Source of the DNA: Rhynchobatus australiae
Lineage: Eukaryota
Reading direction: 5' to 3'
Assembly: GCA_034780895.1 (NCBI GenBank)
Contig: JAUZTB010000071.1
Span: 26,936,031-27,000,030 of the forward strand
Length of the DNA: 64,000 nt
Position numbers and translations under genes: made by a program. Positions 35,912 through 49,700 of the stretch are shown here, one piece after another. Positions within the stretch are counted from its first letter, which is position 1. Every line of letters begins with the position of its first letter. Under the pieces are notes generated by a model. That model was not told where the DNA came from and did not search any database. It saw nothing but the letters and a program-made list of their open reading frames with translations.

Positions 35912-38135
35912 AATCATAGAACCATACATCACAGAAAAGGGCCCTTTCGGCCAACCTAGTCAATGCTAACGGTGATGCCTATGTATACTAATCCCATTTG
36001 TTTACATTAGGCCTTTATCCTTCTGTGTCTTTCCTACTCAAGTATCTGTCCAAGTGCCTCTTAAACATTGTAATTGTTACTGCCTCCACCACCTCCTCTG
36101 TCAACTCATTCCAGATAACCACACCCTCTGTGTGAGAAACATACCCCTCAGTTCTCATTTAATTTTCTTCTCTCTAACGGAAACCTTTGCCAACTCATTC
36201 TAGACTCCCCCACCATGGGAAAAAGACTCTGACTATTTTCCTGTCTATGTCCCTTATAATTTTATAAACATTGATAAGGTGACCCTCACCCTCCCACATT
36301 CCAGTGACAATAAACCCAACCTCTCCAATCTCTCCTTATAACTACAGCCATCCATTCCTCACAACACCCAGGTGAATCACTTCTGTACTTTCTATACTGC
36401 TAATATATCCTGCAGTATGGTGACCAGAACTGTACAAATACTCCCAGTGCAGTCTAACCAATGTTTTGTACCACTGCAACATGATGTCCCAAGTATTATA
36501 CTCAATGCCTCAGCCAATGAAGTCAAGCATACCAAATACATTTTCACTACCCTATCTACCTGTGTTGCTATTTTCAGGGAGCTATAGACTTTGACCCCAA
36601 GGTTTCGCTGTACATCAATGCTCCTAAGGTCCCTGCCATTTACTCTACATGTTCTGCCAGAATTTGACTTCCCAAAATACATTACCCCACACTTGTCTGA
36701 AATTCGATCAGTCACCACTCCACTCACTTTTACAGCTGACGTATGCCCCAGTGTATCCTAAGACAACCTTCTTTGCTTTCTAACACCCCACCAATTTTTG
36801 TGTCATCTGCAAACTTTCTACAGACCACCTACATCCTCATATGTTATATAACCATAACAAATGTCCCAGCACAGATCGCTGCAATGTACCATTTGTTACA
36901 GAATACTAGTCAGAAAAACACCTATCAGCACTACCCTCTGCCTCCTATCACCAAGCCAATTTTGGATCCAGTTTGCCAACATGCCTTGGATCTCTTGTGC
37001 CTTAACCTTCTGGACCAGCCTATCATGCAGGGCCTTGTCAAAAGCATTACTAAAGTCCATGTAAACCACATCTACCACTCTAGCTTCATCAGCTTTCTTA
37101 GTTACTTCCTTAAAATACTCAATCAGATTTGTGAGACATGATCTCCCTTGCACAAAACCATGCTGAATCCTCCAAGTTAGTCTTTCCAAGTGAACATAAA
37201 TTCTGTCTTGAGAATATCCTCCAACAATTTCCCTGCCACTAATGTATGGCTCACATTCCAGGCTTATCCCTCCTGTCCTTTTTGAACAAGGGTCAACATT
37301 AGCTATCCTCCAGTCTTCTGGTGCCTAACCCATGGCTAGCAGAGATGCAAAACTTTCTGTCAGAGTCCCAGCAATCTCTTCCCTTGGCCTCCTTAGCATC
37401 CTGGGATAGATCTCATTAGGCCCTGAGGATTTATCCACCCTAATGTACTGCAATATTTCTAACACTTCCTCCTTCCTGATACAGACATGCTCAAGAATAT
37501 AAGCAAATCTCTAACTCACAAGCCTCCACATCCTTCCTCCTAGTGATTACCAATGAGAAGTGTTCATTTAGGACCTCACTCATATCCTCAGCTGCATGCA
37601 TAGATTACCCCTTTGGTTCCTGAGGAGACCTGAGTTACCTTCTTACTAATAACATGCTTACAAAATGATGTCGAATTCTCCTTAATCCTATTTTCCAAGA
37701 TCATTTAATATCCTCTTTTTGCCCTCCTAATTTCTTTCTTTAGTTCTCTCCTACATCCCTTGTAAAGGACTCCATCAGTACTAATTTTCTGCACCTGAGA
37801 TATGCTGCTTTCTTTTCCCTGATCACCTTCAATATCCTTTGTTGACCAACAGTGCCTAAACTTACCATCTTTACATCTTGTCCTTACAGGAACATGCTGA
37901 CTCTGAACACTTAGTCTCGCTTTTAAACATCTGCCATTTATCAGATGTTGTTTTCCCCCAGCAGCTGCTCCCAATCTTCTTCTGCCAGATCCTGCCTCAC
38001 ACTATTGGAATCCATCTTCCTCCAGTTAGGGTGTTATCTCAAGGACCAATCTATCTTTTTCTGTGGCTACCTTAAAGCTTATTGAACTATGGTCACTGTT
38101 CCCAAAGGGTTCCTCACTCGGCCATCCTCATTCCC
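35912..38135 (-). mobile_element. CR1 LINE ORF2, long fragment
   Basis: ORF 36896-37189 QHGFVQGRSCLTNLIEYFKEVT..VDVVYMDFSNAFDK.LH.RL; ORF 36392-36727 KC.VMYFGKSN..VNG..QRNLGV; ORF 37705-37974 ELKKEIRRAKRGY; tail 'atcatagaaccatac' at 35913. Confidence 0.92.
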
Positions 38136-39367
38136 TGNNNNNNNNNNNNNNNNNNNNNNNNNNNNNNNNNNNNNNNNNNNNNNNNNNNNNNNNNNNNNNN
38201 NNNNNNNNNNNNNNNNNNNNNNNNNNNNNNNNNNNNNATCGTCTGTGTACCATGTTAATAAAAGTGAATTAAAAGTATGGTGGAGTATTAATAGGAATAA
38301 TTAGTTCAAAAAAAATCTGCTTGTCTTGCACCACCAAAGTCCTGAGCATTCCAGATTAACAGAGTTTACAGAGGCTCCTATGTTACCTATATTACAACAC
38401 TGACTAACTTTGAAAGTATGTCATTGGTTGCCAATTTTAAGTTGCAAAGGACAAGATTTCTGTGTGGAATAAAAGGGAAATGTTCTACAGTTTCCATAAG
38501 TCTCCATAACATAACCTCAAACAATGTGAAAAAGACCAATCTTCTTTGCATGCAAACATTGGAATAATAAAAAAGTCTCTTGCTGCAAGATTATAGAAAA
38601 AAATTTGCCAATTAAATGGTTAAACTGCAATTTCTTCCATAATTCTGAGAGTTCACCAAATTTATAAGTTCAAATAACAATCCTCCAATTCACAAATCCC
38701 ATTTCTTATTACTGGCAAAGCATCAACCCACACAACACCATTAAATCTAAAGTAGACACGAGTCTGCACTTAGAGATATGCGCACTTCTACTGCATATTT
38801 AAAGTACAGTTCTAAAAATACCAGCAGTTTTCTTATGGATGGCAATAATAAAATGGATTTTTTAACAAGCAAAATTTCAAGTTAACCAACAAGGTGATTT
38901 CAAAGGGCACATACTCATCCCCTTCAGATTAAGTCAAGTATAGCACCCCCTCCCTGGCAGAATTCTCAACATAATTGGTTGAAAAAAACAATCTTGGATA
39001 CATTTTATGAATTCCACCTCATCTAAGACTGTAAACCAAAAGGACATTGAATCTCATCAACTGGGAATCTGTAACTTTTTAGTTTTGATTTCATTGTCTA
39101 TATTCAGGATTTGTTAACTGAATATTTTAAATAGTTTATTTTTCTCTTCAACATCCATGCAGAGTAAAATGAATTCCTGTTCTTTCACTATTCACTTTAA
39201 TGAGTTGGTGTATACTCTTCAGAGTAGCATACAATAAAATTGATTATGGTCTTAAACCAAATGTAAGTGATTAGTCAGTCCAAATGAATGGGATTTGGTA
39301 AGCATGGGGTGCTTAGGTAATATGGTGGGACTGCTTAGCCATGAACATCTGAAAGATATTCGGCATT

Positions 39368-39506
39368 TGGCACGGTAGTGTAGCAGTTAGTGTAATGCTA
39401 TTACAGCGCCAGCAACTTGGGTTCGATTCCACTGCTGTCTTTAAGGAGTTTGTACATTCTCCCCATGTCTGCATTGGTTTCCTCCAGGTGCTCCAGTTTC
39501 CTCCGA
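39368..39506 (+). mobile_element. V-SINE head, 3'-truncated
   Basis: 'ggcacggtagtgtagcagttag..ctattacagcgccagc..gggttcgattcc..aaggagtttgtacattctcccc'; same family as the 19369 copy. Confidence 0.85.
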
Positions 39507-39584
39507 TTTATTGCTCTATGACTCTAGTTTAGCACCACTCACTTCTCCAGGTAAGAAGTGTAGCTGTGGAAATCCATCTGGGTT

Positions 39585-40825
39585 CAAACTATACATGTCT
39601 CTTTGTGGGATATGTGGAACTTGTTTTACTCTGACTCACCCATTCCTTCATTTATTTTTCTTTGGTACATTGATAATTGCATTAGTACTGCTTCTTGCTT
39701 TGGTGCAGGACTTGAACATTTCAATATTTCTGCTACCATCTTCCACTTCGCCCTCACTTTTGCATTATTTATTTCCCTCTCTTCTCTTCTCTTTTCTCTT
39801 CTGCCTCCATTTAAAGGGATAGATTAACAATCCATAGATTCCCTCAGCCACCCTGACTGCATTCCCTCCCACCCAGGTTCCATTAAGGACACTATTCCAT
39901 TCTCCCAGTTTCTTCATCTCCATCATATCTGTTCCAGCAATGCCACCTTTCACGCCTGTGCTCTGAGACAGATTCTTTCTTTGTCAACTATGGTTTTCCC
40001 TTCATCAGAGTAAACGGGGCTCTCAACTGCAACTGATCAATTTCCCCTGTTTCTGCGCTCATTCCACCCAGAAAGGTAATGTTTCCCATTTCCCCCCCTT
40101 CCATCCCATCAGACTCCACATTCAACAGATTATCCTCCTTGATTTTGGACACTTTCAATATGAAGCCACCACCCTTTCTTCCCGCTTTCCAGATGAAACA
40201 ATGATTTTCCTATGCCACTTCCAATTCAATAAACTTCATTCAGTGCTCCTGATGTATTCTTCTCTACAATGGAGAAACCAAATGGTGACATTCTGCAGAG
40301 TTACTCTGTTCAGACCATAAAGTTGACCCAAGCTTCCTGTCACTTTAATTCTCCATCCTACTTGCACACAAACCATTCTTTCTTTGGCCTTCTATGCTAT
40401 TCTAACAATGTTCTATGTAAACTTAAGGAAAAGCATCTCAACGTCTGAATAGGCTCATTATAGTCTTCGGGACTCCACACCGAATTCAACAAAGTAAGAT
40501 GATAAGCATTTCAGCCTTCTATCTCACATTTCTAGCATTCAATTCATCTAAATGCTGCTCTTCTGATAATTTCAGATTTCATTCATCTTCTGCTGTTTAC
40601 ACCTCCTGCAGACCTACCACTGGTTATTCACCAATGCACTGCCTTTCAGATGTCCCCTTTTGATTTTCTCTACAATTTAAAACTTTTTTTAATCTCTAGG
40701 TTTTCCTATTTCTTATAATAGGTCATCAAACTACCTGAAATGATAAATCTGTTGCTCTGTCTCCACAGATCCAGAATATTTCCAGCAGTTTCTGCTTTTT
40801 TTTAATTTCAGCAGTATTTTGTTTC
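39585..40825 (+). mobile_element. Penelope-like element, RT to GIY-YIG plus terminal repeat
   Basis: ORF 39603 'FLWYIDNCISTASC' resembles FLRYIDDCIGAAS; 'ctctacaatggagaaaccaaa' resembles LYIGETK; C-terminal 'aaacttaaggaaaagcatctc..gaattcaacaa'; terminal repeat at 40700-40825. Confidence 0.8.
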
Positions 40826-41349
40826 TAAATAGCTAACTATTAAATGGATGTTTTCTAAAGATTAATGAAATCATTTTTACAATTTAAGTAGCACTTGNNN
40901 NAATTTAGATTATTTAAAAAGTTATGCAATTGTCGCAAAAAATCTTCTGTGTCTGAATTCTCTTAAACTGAGGGAGACTTAATGAATGGGTTATTTGTGA
41001 AACAAGAGGCCCCTTTACTGGGATTGTGGTGAATGGTCAACAGCAGGTACCTCCTGTGAACTTAGTTTAAAGGAAATGGCAACACATTCACAAACAAACA
41101 GGAAAGAAGAAGAAAATGGTCCCAAGCAAGGGAAATGCTCACAAAAAGAGATTTTTTTTTAAGGAAAGCCTTTTTTTATATTTCCCTTTCCAACAAACTA
41201 CTGCATTGAGCACTGAACTTCCTCTTTAACCTGCGGCTGACAAACGTTCTTGCACCTGTACTGTGTGGCCCTTTCCATGTAAATAGACATCTGGTCAGCA
41301 AATATTTCAGTGTAATAACTAGAAATTAAATCCACACTAATATTTAATA

Positions 41350-41870
41350 TCCACAGTTAGGCCTAGGTGAGACTAACTCCAACAATTCTCAAAATGTCCA
41401 ATCATCCAGGACAATGCAGTTCCCTTCATTTGCACCCTATGCACCTCTTCAGGCATCAGCTTCCTCCACTGCTGTTGCACTGTAGCTGCATTATGCAGTG
41501 CAGCAACTTGCCAAGTGTTTTCAGCAGCATTACATTTATCTGTGAACTCTACCACCTAAAACAATAAGGGGAGTCGCCATGAAGGAACACCCAGCACCAG
41601 CGTTGCCTCCAGGTTGCACGCTACTCTAATCTGGAAGTACTGATTGTTCCATGCTACTGAATCAAAATCCTGGAATTCCCTAACCAATGTGCAAGCATCC
41701 TTATTGAATGTACTACAGTGAATCAAGATGGTTCAGTTATAAAGGACTTCTAACCTTGAGATACAGTAAACAATAAAGTCGTATTCAAAATGGCAGCACA
41801 CATTCTCCAGAGGAATTAGGGAAGGGTAGTAAGTACTTGTCTTGTCAATTATATCAATTTCTGCAAGAGA
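41350..41870 (+). mobile_element. L2/CR1-clade LINE 3' fragment, same family as 520-2060
   Basis: 'tcaaaatcctggaattccct' and 'attctccagaggaattagggaaggg'. Confidence 0.6.
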
Positions 41871-42804
41871 GTGGAAATAAAATGAAAAATGTCACACAAA
41901 CCTTGTGGCAATATTGACCATCTGAGTGTTCAATTTTGGGAGCAATTTCTGATATTTTTGGTTATGTTTCAGTCACACTCATTGAAAATATTTTATGCCA
42001 AAGTCTGTTAACTGCCTGTTGTTATGAAGCAAATTATGTGCCTTATTAGGAAGATTATTTTAGGAGTTGGATTTTTGAGGAGGACGCATTGTTTTATTTG
42101 TCACATCCAAAATGACATAAAGTTTCACTATTGTTTGACAAGTTTGCAAAAGCAAAATGCATTAAATAACTGCCCATAGGAAGATATCTGAAGTTACAGT
42201 ATCTGATGTATTCCTTCCCTTCTTAAACAGCTGATGCAGTCCCCAAGTGAATGCTTCCTTGCCACCTCCAGCTCTGTGAGATTGGTACAGTCTGGTGTTG
42301 TCATTGGCTTCTCTGGGTAAAGATTGATTAGTAATCGAACACACAGCTGGAGCTGCTTGTATGAGATGAGCCAAAGACTGCTCCAGATCTTTGATGCATA
42401 CATTACAGACCCCAGGCACATGCAGAGAATAGATAATGGCTTCATTCAAGACAGAATAAATCTGTGTGGAGAAGGAAATGCAGTCTACAATGAATATAGA
42501 ACAAACCTTACTCAGTGAATCTCTCTGAAAGATCTGTCTTTGACATCATGATGGTTCTTTTAAAACAAATTCATACTTAAAACACATCATTCTTGAGCAA
42601 CAGTCAATTTTCAATTACAATAGGGGTCTAGCCTTGAAGTCTGTACCTAGATTCCTCATCTCTTTGCAATTACTTGCTGATGGTTTGTACATTACCATGC
42701 AAACTTTAGCACTTACATGGTACTCTTATAATATTGGTCATGTATTAGATATAGACAGTGTAAGGGAGCTGTACCAAAATTTTACTCTCATTCATGGTCT
42801 CTGT

Positions 42805-42972
42805 GACAGATGATCTGGTCATTGTCACATTGCTGTTTGTAGGAGTTTGCCATTGCACAAAATAACTGTCACATTACCTCAATTTAAACAATATTATAGT
42901 TCAGAAATATGTAATTGGCTGTTAAGCACTACAGGACAACCTGAGGTCAAGAAAAACACTTTGTAAATTTAT
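42805..42972 (+). mobile_element. Deu-SINE 3' half
   Basis: 'acagatgatctggtcattgtcacattgctgtttgtaggag..taattggctgttaagcact..cctgaggtc'. Confidence 0.65.
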
Positions 42973-44154
42973 TTTTAACAGTTCAGTGGCCAGGAGAATT
43001 CAGTGAATAGGGGTAAGAGGTTTCAGTGAACCACACAGCACTTAAAATATGGTATGTAATGGGTCCATACAAGAAGATACTTTAAGACTGAAGCTAGCAA
43101 ATTCAGCTGGAGAAGCACAGTTAGGGAGAAGAGCTGCTGATTTTGCACAGTAGGTTCTTGTGGTAAATCCAGTGATGCAGAATAATACATGTAGAGTTGT
43201 AGACAGGTGAAGTTGGACTGCAACAAAGTGAGCACAAAGTGGATGACTGTGCAAAGGAAACTAGAGATGATCAGATTTTCAAACCTGGACACTTTAGAGT
43301 AGTCTGCAGTGCTTTGTGTGAAAGAAATGTATCATTTCACCTTATTGGTGGAAGTGGCCTTTAAAATATTCAAACCATTCTTTGCTTGCTCTATTTCAGT
43401 GAATTTATGGCTGTTAAAATAAATGAAGCCTGCACTAAGTCTGCTATTAGAATTTAAGTAAACATGCTTCTTAATTATTGATTTGAACTTCTCCAGAAAT
43501 TGCGATGGTAGAAATTATTTAAGTGATAGCTAACGCTGCTGCATGTATCAACATACTGCAAATATATTGACAGGATCATATTTTTACGATCANNNNNNNN
43601 NNNNNNNNNNNNNNNNNNNNNNNNNNNNNNNNNNNNNNNNNNNNNNNNNNNNNNNNNNNNNNNNNNNNNNNNNNNNNNNNNNNNNNNNNNNNTTAAGTAA
43701 GTCTTAACACAGACTCAAGATTAACTAGCCGACTAATCTCTCAAATATAGGCTGTTTGTATGCTCTGTTCAGTGTAATACTTAATTTGTAATGTTATGCA
43801 CATTCTGTTGATGCTTCAGTTTGACATAATACTGCTTTCTCTTCCCTCCCTCTGGAAGTAAATATTCAGCTTGGTTTGATTGCATTGCCAGCAAGGCCTG
43901 CAGCAACAAAGCCCAGGATTTGTTACCATAGCAACAATATTAGCATCAGAATGTTGCCATGTCAGAACATCAAGCCAGTGACTTAATGTGTACTGCTTAG
44001 CATCTACAATCTCTCAATATTTACATTTTTTTGTCATCTCAGTTTCTTACGTTTTCCACCACTGTCCCCTGTTTATCCAACTTCCTCCTTCATTGATGGC
44101 CTACATTTCTTACAAAGGTTCGGATCCATGGGTACTGAACATGCTTTGGTACTT

Positions 44155-44290
44155 CATCCCAGTGGCCTTTTATAATTTATGAGACCAGGCAATAGGTGGT
44201 GTAAGGCTGTTTCACCATGGAGCACATCACAGCTGATTTTTATCACGTGCTCACTGAAGCATTTTGAGCAGGAACTTGTGGTTTTCACAC
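44155..44290 (-). mobile_element. AmnSINE2-like relic
   Basis: 'aggctgtttcaccatggagcacatcacagctga' resembles the remembered reverse complement of AmnSINE2; a related copy lies at 60560. Confidence 0.35.
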
Positions 44291-44329
44291 AGTAGGAAGA
44301 TATTTGGAAATGCAATTCAATTTTAATAA

Positions 44330-45030
44330 CTCTGGAACAAAATGCAAATAATACTTAAAAGCTACAACTGTCATTGGTTGGGAGAATCTTGTTATCAGTG
44401 CATAATTTAAGAAGTGTATGATCACCAATAAAAAGAGAAAATGAATTTGATAGTTTTGCAAATGAGGATGTCGAATACAAACATAAGGAGATAATACACT
44501 AACAGCATATTGATGGGATTATTCTTTGAAAAATTCAACACTGGAAACATGAACTAGGTACAAGTAATCTCACTCTGAAGTTGTGATGTTATTGTCCTCA
44601 TGAGAAATTTGCCAACCTAAACATTATCAGTGGAACAATGAAGTCCACCAGTGGCTAATAACAAAGGGGTATAAAAACTAAATTTAGTTCTGAAAGCATA
44701 AAACTGAAGTTCGGAAGAACAATTGATGAAGTACAGAAGCACTGATTAACTTTGAAATCTTTGAAAGTAGGATCCTATCAAAGGCCAGGAGTGTAATGAA
44801 TGTGCACTTGTTCATAAAATGTTTATTAGTATATGAATGCATTGTAGCAAATGTCTAACTGAACCTGAATTAATCACAGCATTCTAGAGAATTAAACCCA
44901 AATTAGATCAGCACTAGGGAACAATTAAGATGCTGGGAAGATGCAGTGAAATGGGATTGGAATAAATAACCCTGGGGCACAAGCACGATGAATTGATTGG
45001 TATCTTACTGTGCTGCATTTTTATGATGTT
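44330..45030 (+). mobile_element. Very decayed CR1 3' region
   Basis: Ends 'gatgaattgattggtatcttactgtgctgcatttttatgat', a CR1-like tail. Confidence 0.4.
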
Positions 45031-46004
45031 CCAGTATATTTTTATTCCCCGGTTCTTTTTCCCCAGAATTGTCCTGCAGACTAGTACAGATTATATGCTT
45101 TGGTCCTTACACATCTGAAGTTTGACAGTTACACTTGACAGTTAACTCCATACAGGGAAAAAAGGGCTGAGGAATATAAAGATGTAAGAGGCATTGTGTG
45201 AGCAATTCCTGCATGAACTCTGGAAGGAGCATTTGGATGCTCTGGTCGATTCAAACTTCTTTATGTTCTTAAAAACTAAATTAAAATAACTAGTCGTTCC
45301 ACTCTGTGATATACCTTGTTTCAAAGGATTGGCCATAAACCATAATAAATATTATCCATAATATCCTCATGGGCTTAATTAAAATTTCAGAAAGGAAATT
45401 TGAATGTTAAAACACATTGCTGAGAATGTTCCTCAAAACTGAGTTTTCCCAAAATTAATTAATGATTTTTGAATATTATGGTATGAAAGTGGCCTACTTT
45501 TAATTTAAAGTCACTTAATTCAAAATACAATGCTACAGTCACATTTAAATTTGATAATTAATGTGAATTTTAATTGCCACAATCCAGGTTAGCAACATGA
45601 AATTAACATACTGCCACAAATAATTTCCTTTGACATGTTTGGCTGTGGGGTTACATTGGATATTATGTCTCAGTAGTACACAGAATCAGCAGTGCAAGAA
45701 TGTAATGTTATATGCTTGCAAATTATAGTATCACTAATTCTGTGCCTCACTGCATCCATAGAAAAATCCATTAACACAGTCATAGGTTAGAGTTGTATGG
45801 CTGTTCTACAGATTGCTAGGTTGTCGTAAAAATGCATCTGGTTAACTGATGTCTTTTGGGAAAAAGATCTGGCATTTTTGTTACTCCAGACCTATAGCAA
45901 TGAGGTTCCCTCTAAGCTGGTCTCTGAAATGGCATGGCAAACCATTTAATTGTATCAGAAGCTATTACAATAATGTATGGCAAAAAAAAACAAATAAAAC
46001 TAAA

Positions 46005-46266
46005 AAGGGGTGGTATATTGACATAGCTAATAGAGCTGCTGCTTCAGGTCCAGTGACCTGGATTCAATCCTGACCTCCACTGGTGTCAATGTGGAGTTTG
46101 CACATTCTCCCCATGACTGCATGGGTTTCTTCCCAGTCCTCCAGGTTCCTCCCACGTCATTCATGCAGGCTGGTTGATTAATTAGCCACTGCAATTTGTC
46201 CTTGGTTTGTATATAAGTGGTAGAATCTGGGGATGGGGATGTGGGGAGAATAAAATCCATTAGAGT
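46005..46266 (+). mobile_element. HE1-like V-SINE
   Basis: 'agagctgctgcttca..ccagtgacctggattcaatcc..gtggagtttgcacattctccccatgactgcatgggtttc'. Confidence 0.82.
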
Positions 46267-46419
46267 CAGATGCAAAGGAACCTGCTGTTAAAAATGAGAA
46301 AAATTGTACAGCATTGCACATGGCAAAGGTAATAAAAGGGGAACTGGAGCCAAAAGCATTTTGATAGGAACCATATAATAGGCACTCTCAAGGCAGCTAC
46401 AGGAAAATCAGATCTAGGA

Positions 46420-46910
46420 AGTGAGCATTACAGGACNNNNNNNNNNNNNNNNNNNTAGAGAGGGGAGCTGGGGAGATAGGAGTGGAATAACATTATAATA
46501 GTAAAAAGAGGTGATGTAGCTAACCTTAAGACAAAAATAGAATTGATGTGGAAAGAGATGAAAGACAATCACAGTAGTTGGGGCAGTCTACAGACCACCT
46601 CTAACCGTGGGAGTGAGGTGAAAGAAGAAATATGCAAGCAATTTAAGGAAACAAGGATTTCAACAGTGCAAGTTAATTGGCCATAAGGAAAAGGTAAATA
46701 GGATAAATGAATGGAATTCCTACAATGTGTACGGGACACCTTTCTAACCCAATGTTTAAAGGACCCAATAAAGGAGACTCACTATTTAATCTAATATGAT
46801 GAAATCTACTACTGCAACTTTTTTAAGAACAAAGTAGTCAAAGAACATCTAAACAATAATATAAAAGGGGTTCAGAGGAAAAAAAGGGACAAAATATGAT
46901 AAAGACCAAT
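46420..46910 (+). mobile_element. CR1 endonuclease-region remnant
   Basis: KRGDVA..L, VVGAVYRPP (~46573-46600) and EFLQCVRDTFL.Q-like translations. Confidence 0.65.
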
Positions 46911-47209
46911 GTAACACATTCTTGTGCTGAGGTCACTGTAGTCTTCAGTTGCATTAATGAGCAGTTATTTTTTGATTTATGAAAGAGTTGCTCTTCCGGA
47001 AAGTGAATTGTCAATCAAAAGTGTACCAATTATAAATGCTTTTGCTAATAATTTCAGTATAAAAGCTCTGATTAATAAAACCTAAACACTTATAAGTACA
47101 TTCATACAAGTATCTGAAATTAAAAAGTATCATTTTATTAAAAATTAAATCTTAAATTAAGACGATTAAAAATATGTATAATGTATCCTCTTGGGATACT
47201 CACTAAGTT

Positions 47210-47575
47210 AACCGTACAAGATCCTGAGGGGTCTTGCCACAATGGATGTGAAAAAAATATTTCCTCTTGGGGGACAATCTAAAACTAGGGAGTCACTGTA
47301 TCAAGTAAGGGCTTGTTCATTTACAGCAGAGATTGAAACAGTTTTTTTTCTCTGAGGGTAATGAATCTTTGGAAGTCTATTCTTCAAATGCCAGTGGAAG
47401 CCAAATCTTCTTTGAGGCAGATTGTCAATAAGCATGGGAGTGAAATGTTGCCGTATATAGGCTAGAATGCAGAGTTGAAGCTGCATACTTATTAGCCATG
47501 ATCTGATGGAATAGTGGATCAGTCTGGAGAGGCCAAATGATCAACTCCTGCAGCTAATTTGTACCCTCGTATGTA
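47210..47575 (+). mobile_element. CR1 3' fragment
   Basis: 'tacaagatcctgaggggtcttg', 'ttctctgagggtaatgaatctttggaa', 'agccatgatct..actcctgcagctaattt'. Confidence 0.75.
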
Positions 47576-47719
47576 AGGGTAGTAGTGAATTTGGATATCA
47601 GAATGGCAGTGAAGGAGGCAGAGTTGTCATTGATGTTCAGATGATAATGGTGTTGGTGATCTCAACATAAGGATGTTTGTGATATCATTGGTCAGCCTCC
47701 TGGGTAGATGATGAATGAG

Positions 47720-49055
47720 CCTGAGATAAGGTGTTGATGGGAATCTCCTTTTCCATGCTTCCATAAAGCAAAACGCGACATCATACCACTACATCTATTG
47801 CTGCATTTCATTTTGAGATTGTCATCACTGAAGCTGGCAATCACTTCTTGAACACCTCCAAAGACCTTTCAATAGCAAACTGCTTTGATAGTGGTGCCAT
47901 GTCATGCTTCCTTTTATGACCGTTGCGTTGAAGTTCTAACAGATACTCATTCATGACCTCTTCACCGTGAGACATCAATAACTCCTCCATATCATTCTAC
48001 TTCATCAAACCCAGCCTCACCTCACAATGTAGTTTCTGAGATTTACAAATCCACGTGAATCATATGCACACGCTTGCCATAGTTTTCCCCAGACACTATT
48101 TGTTGTTCCATGGGTTACATCATCCCAAGAGACATTGATGTAGTCAGTGGCTATCTTGATAATATACCTCTTTTACATTTCCTGAATAGTGCATTTGTCA
48201 CTCTCATCAGACTCCAAATTGATGTCTTATTACATGCCACAGGTAGTCAACTATGAAGATAGCAAAAGAACCCCAAGTCTGTGGGTTGTAACAGTGATGT
48301 GGTGTTAGGGTTAGAAACACTTTCTAGATGTTCTCAGTTGTCAGATATCCACTGGCATTGTTGATGCAGAGTGAGGCTCTGTTTTCCCAGTTATTCTTAC
48401 AATATTGTTCAATGAAGGAGAGACAGGGACATCATCCAGATATATTTACTAGATTGCAGCACCCCTGAAAGCATGATCTTCAAATATATCAATAAGCCCC
48501 TTAGATTTCCTCAGTGGTAGACAAAGAAAGCATAGTTTACAATCTCCAGTGACGTTGCTTCCAAGTAGAAGAGTTAGACGATTTGCATCTGCCTTGAAAC
48601 TTGAAGCAGTTTTCTTTTTCCTTGATGAATATGCGTGATCACATCTACTTCCAAAAGGAACCAGTCTCATCCATCTTATAAACACTTGTTAAGAGAGTAA
48701 CTACTTCCCACAATTTAAGAGACTCTTAGTTACCACATGAATGATAGAAAAATGGATGGATATGTGGGGGAGAAGGGTTAAATATATATTTGAGCAGGAT
48801 GAAATGTCGGCACAACATTATGGCCCGAAAGGCCTGTACTGTGCTGTAATGTTCTATGATTCATTTCAGCTCCTTGGGTACATTTCCTGTAATTACAATG
48901 TCTGCTCTTGCTGTGTGACCCAAGACATGAAAATAATATAGGATTGCACAGTTTTTGAAACACTTAAATCAGTCAGTGCTAACCTTCAACATATTAGTAT
49001 TTTGAAAAGATCCATCACTGCTTTGTTCTTTCAAGCCTTGTATCAAAAAGCAAAT
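47720..49055 (-). pseudogene. Tigger/pogo-family DDE transposase fossil
   Basis: Minus-strand motifs KVSTD*FKCFK...VLGHTARAD (48870-48990; HTH-CENPB end), MDETGSFWK (~48650-48677), KKKTASSFKADANRLTLLLGSNVTGDCKL, INNASG (~48355) and PNTTSLLQPTDLG (~48270-48310). Confidence 0.88.
48735..48862 (+). mobile_element. CR1 3' tail inserted in the Tigger fossil
   Basis: 'gtcggcacaacattatggcccgaaaggcctgtactgtgctgtaatgttctatg'. Confidence 0.75.
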
Positions 49056-49700
49056 CCTCAGTGGAGGCAGAGGGATGGTCAATGTTTTAGGCCCAGCATC
49101 AGGACTGAGAATGCAGAGGGGAGATAGCCAGTATAGAGTTGAAAGGAAGGGTTGAGGCAGAGGCTGGCAGATAATAGGTGCAACCAGATGAGGCAGGAGA
49201 TGATGGGCAAATGCAACCAGGTGAGAGAGAAGTTGGGGTGGAGTTGGGAGACAGCGGCTGGTGGGTGATAGGTAGAGACAGATAAGGGGAGAGAAAAAAA
49301 AGGGCAGATGGAGCCAGGTGGGGGGAGGAGAGCATGGAGGTAGAGACAGAGGCTGGAAGCTGCTGAGTGGAGACACGAGGCTGCAGATGCTGGAATCAGA
49401 TAAAGGAAGGATGTTGGGCAGATGGACCCAGTTGGGTAGGGGATAGGACACCCATAGGTTAAGTCAGTGGGTGATAGTCAGATGGAACTAGGTGCGGAAG
49501 GGGAACAAAACTGGGTGGTGAGGTCTGGTGGGGGTTGGGGTGGGTGGTGGTTTGGCAAAAGGCTGGTGAGAAAACCTGGGTGGATTAGAAGGGGAGAGAG
49601 AAAGGAGCACAAGAGTATGTGGGTTACCTGAAATTGGAAAATTCAGTGTTTGTACCATTGGGTTGTAGACTACCCAGGTGGAATATGAGGTGTTGTTCTT
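49056..49700 (-). mobile_element. Penelope-like 3' end with purine-rich UTR and terminal repeat
   Basis: 49620-49700 on the minus strand reads EQHLIFHLGSLQPNGTNTEFSNFR; 'ggctgcagatgctggaatc'; decayed hammerhead-like motif at ~49080-49103. Confidence 0.8.
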
